The position numbers and the translations under genes are program-made. From Escherichia coli (lineage in GTDB: Bacteria; Pseudomonadota; Gammaproteobacteria; Enterobacterales; Enterobacteriaceae): a DNA stretch of 64,000 nt. Positions 62,917-64,000 of this stretch are shown here, one piece after another. Positions within the stretch are counted from its first letter, which is position 1, and each line of letters opens with the position of its first letter. The notes below the pieces were generated by a model. That model did no database searches, had not been told where the DNA came from, and saw nothing but the letters and a program-made list of their open reading frames with translations. The stretch lies in assembly GCF_041886205.1 (NCBI RefSeq), contig NZ_CP169029.1, one strand, 5' to 3'.

Positions 62917-63306
62917 ATGCTGGTTTCTTGCGCAATGCGACTTCACTCGGGCGTTTTTCCAGATTATGCTGAAAAATTACCTCAGGAAGAAAAGATGGAA
63001 AAAGAAGATTCATTTCCCCAACGCGTCTGGCAAATCGTCGCCGCTATTCCCGAAGGCTATGTCACCACTTACGGTGATGTGGCGAAACTGGCGGGATCGC
63101 CCCGCGCCGCGCGCCAGGTGGGCGGTGTGTTAAAGCGTCTCCCTGAAGGCAGCACCTTACCCTGGCACCGGGTGGTTAATCGCCACGGCACAATTTCGCT
63201 AACCGGACCGGATTTACAGCGTCAGCGACAGGCATTACTGGCAGAAGGTGTGATGGTATCGGGAAGCGGGCAAATCGACTTGCAGCGTTATCGCTGGAAC
63301 TACTAA
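62917..63306 (+). CDS. atl: alkyltransferase-like protein (MGMT-like DNA-binding domain)
   Basis: MLVSCAMRLHSG... with VWQIVAAIPEGYVTTYGDVA and PWHRVV motifs; 129 aa. Confidence 0.85.
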   Translation: MLVSCAMRLHSGVFPDYAEKLPQEEKMEKEDSFPQRVWQIVAAIPEGYVTTYGDVAKLAGSPRAARQVGGVLKRLPEGSTLPWHRVVNRHGTISLTGPDLQRQRQALLAEGVMVSGSGQIDLQRYRWNY

Positions 63307-63336
63307 CCCTCTCCGGGCGGAGAGGGTTAACGTCGC

Positions 63337-63909
63337 TTAATATTGCGTAGGAGCTGGAACTGCCGAAGACGGATTCACCTGAGTTGGTGAAGTCGAAGGT
63401 ACGGTAGTCGTTGCACCACCGCTGGCCTGAACCGGCACGGCGGTTTGCTGCACCGGCACCAATGTCAGGTCGGCTTTAGTTCCGCCCTTGTTGATCACCG
63501 GCTGAACGGTATCGGTAATAAATACCAGTTTGTCATTCACGGTAATCGCCGCACTCAACAGAATACGCGCGTTCGGCTGAACATCTGCCGGGTTAAATGG
63601 CAGAACAAAGCTGAATGGTGACTGTTTACCTTCGGTACGCACCGCTTTCTGCGCCAGCACTTTTGACGGTGCATCGGCTAACGACGCGTCAGAAAGTGTC
63701 ACGGTCAGCACAGCATCAGGCGGCAGTGCGACTTTCTGACGGATCCAGACGGTACCGGAGACATTCGGTTGCTGGATAGCAGGTTGTTGTGTTGCTGAAA
63801 TAGACGTATTTGCAGCCGGGGCTGGCGTCTGAATATCCGCGCTTTTATCTGCGCAAGCCGCCAACGCAATCGCAACCGCTAAACCACTGGCCATGTGCAC
63901 GAGTTTCAT
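63337..63909 (-). CDS. ybaY: lipoprotein YbaY
   Basis: 190-aa ORF with lipobox LAACA and Pro/Ala/Thr-rich tail. Confidence 0.85.
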   Translation of the reverse strand: MKLVHMASGLAVAIALAACADKSADIQTPAPAANTSISATQQPAIQQPNVSGTVWIRQKVALPPDAVLTVTLSDASLADAPSKVLAQKAVRTEGKQSPFSFVLPFNPADVQPNARILLSAAITVNDKLVFITDTVQPVINKGGTKADLTLVPVQQTAVPVQASGGATTTVPSTSPTQVNPSSAVPAPTQY

Positions 63910-64000
63910 TCATTTCTCCTTATTATCAATGCACCAGCGGGCTAACTTTCCTCGCCGGAAGAGTGGTTAACAAAATAGTAACGTCAATAAGTGTGGCACA

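Noticed and set aside
62675-63013. 112-aa minus-strand ORF
   Set aside because: Overlaps the ffs 4.5S RNA gene and the atl 5' region; the RNA gene explains this DNA

Overview
This window is ordinary Escherichia coli core chromosome, recognised from the translated ORFs and gene order. It is collinear, in reverse-complement orientation, with the K-12 region running from ybaY/ffs through tomB-hha, acrAB-acrR, mscK, dnaX-recR-htpG-adk, copA, tesA and selU to the allantoin/glyoxylate cluster (allC is 5'-truncated at the window start). About 60 protein genes are intact, together with 4.5S RNA (ffs), the sRNA ChiX, REP/BIME clusters, terminators and two known programmed-frameshift sites (dnaX, copA). 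Two structural differences from K-12 as I remember it are visible: an IS1 copy with a perfect 9-bp target-site duplication between acrB and tomB-hha, and no Rhs element between ybbP and selU. The only candidate for an undescribed system sits at that ybbP-selU junction: a ~480-bp module encoding a 27-aa hydrophobic peptide that resembles, from memory, the DinQ/TisB type I toxins, plus a divergent putative sRNA with a perfect 16-nt antisense match to the peptide mRNA leader. All protein identities, and above all the DinQ resemblance, are from memory and need database confirmation. I found no CRISPR array, prophage or defence island.
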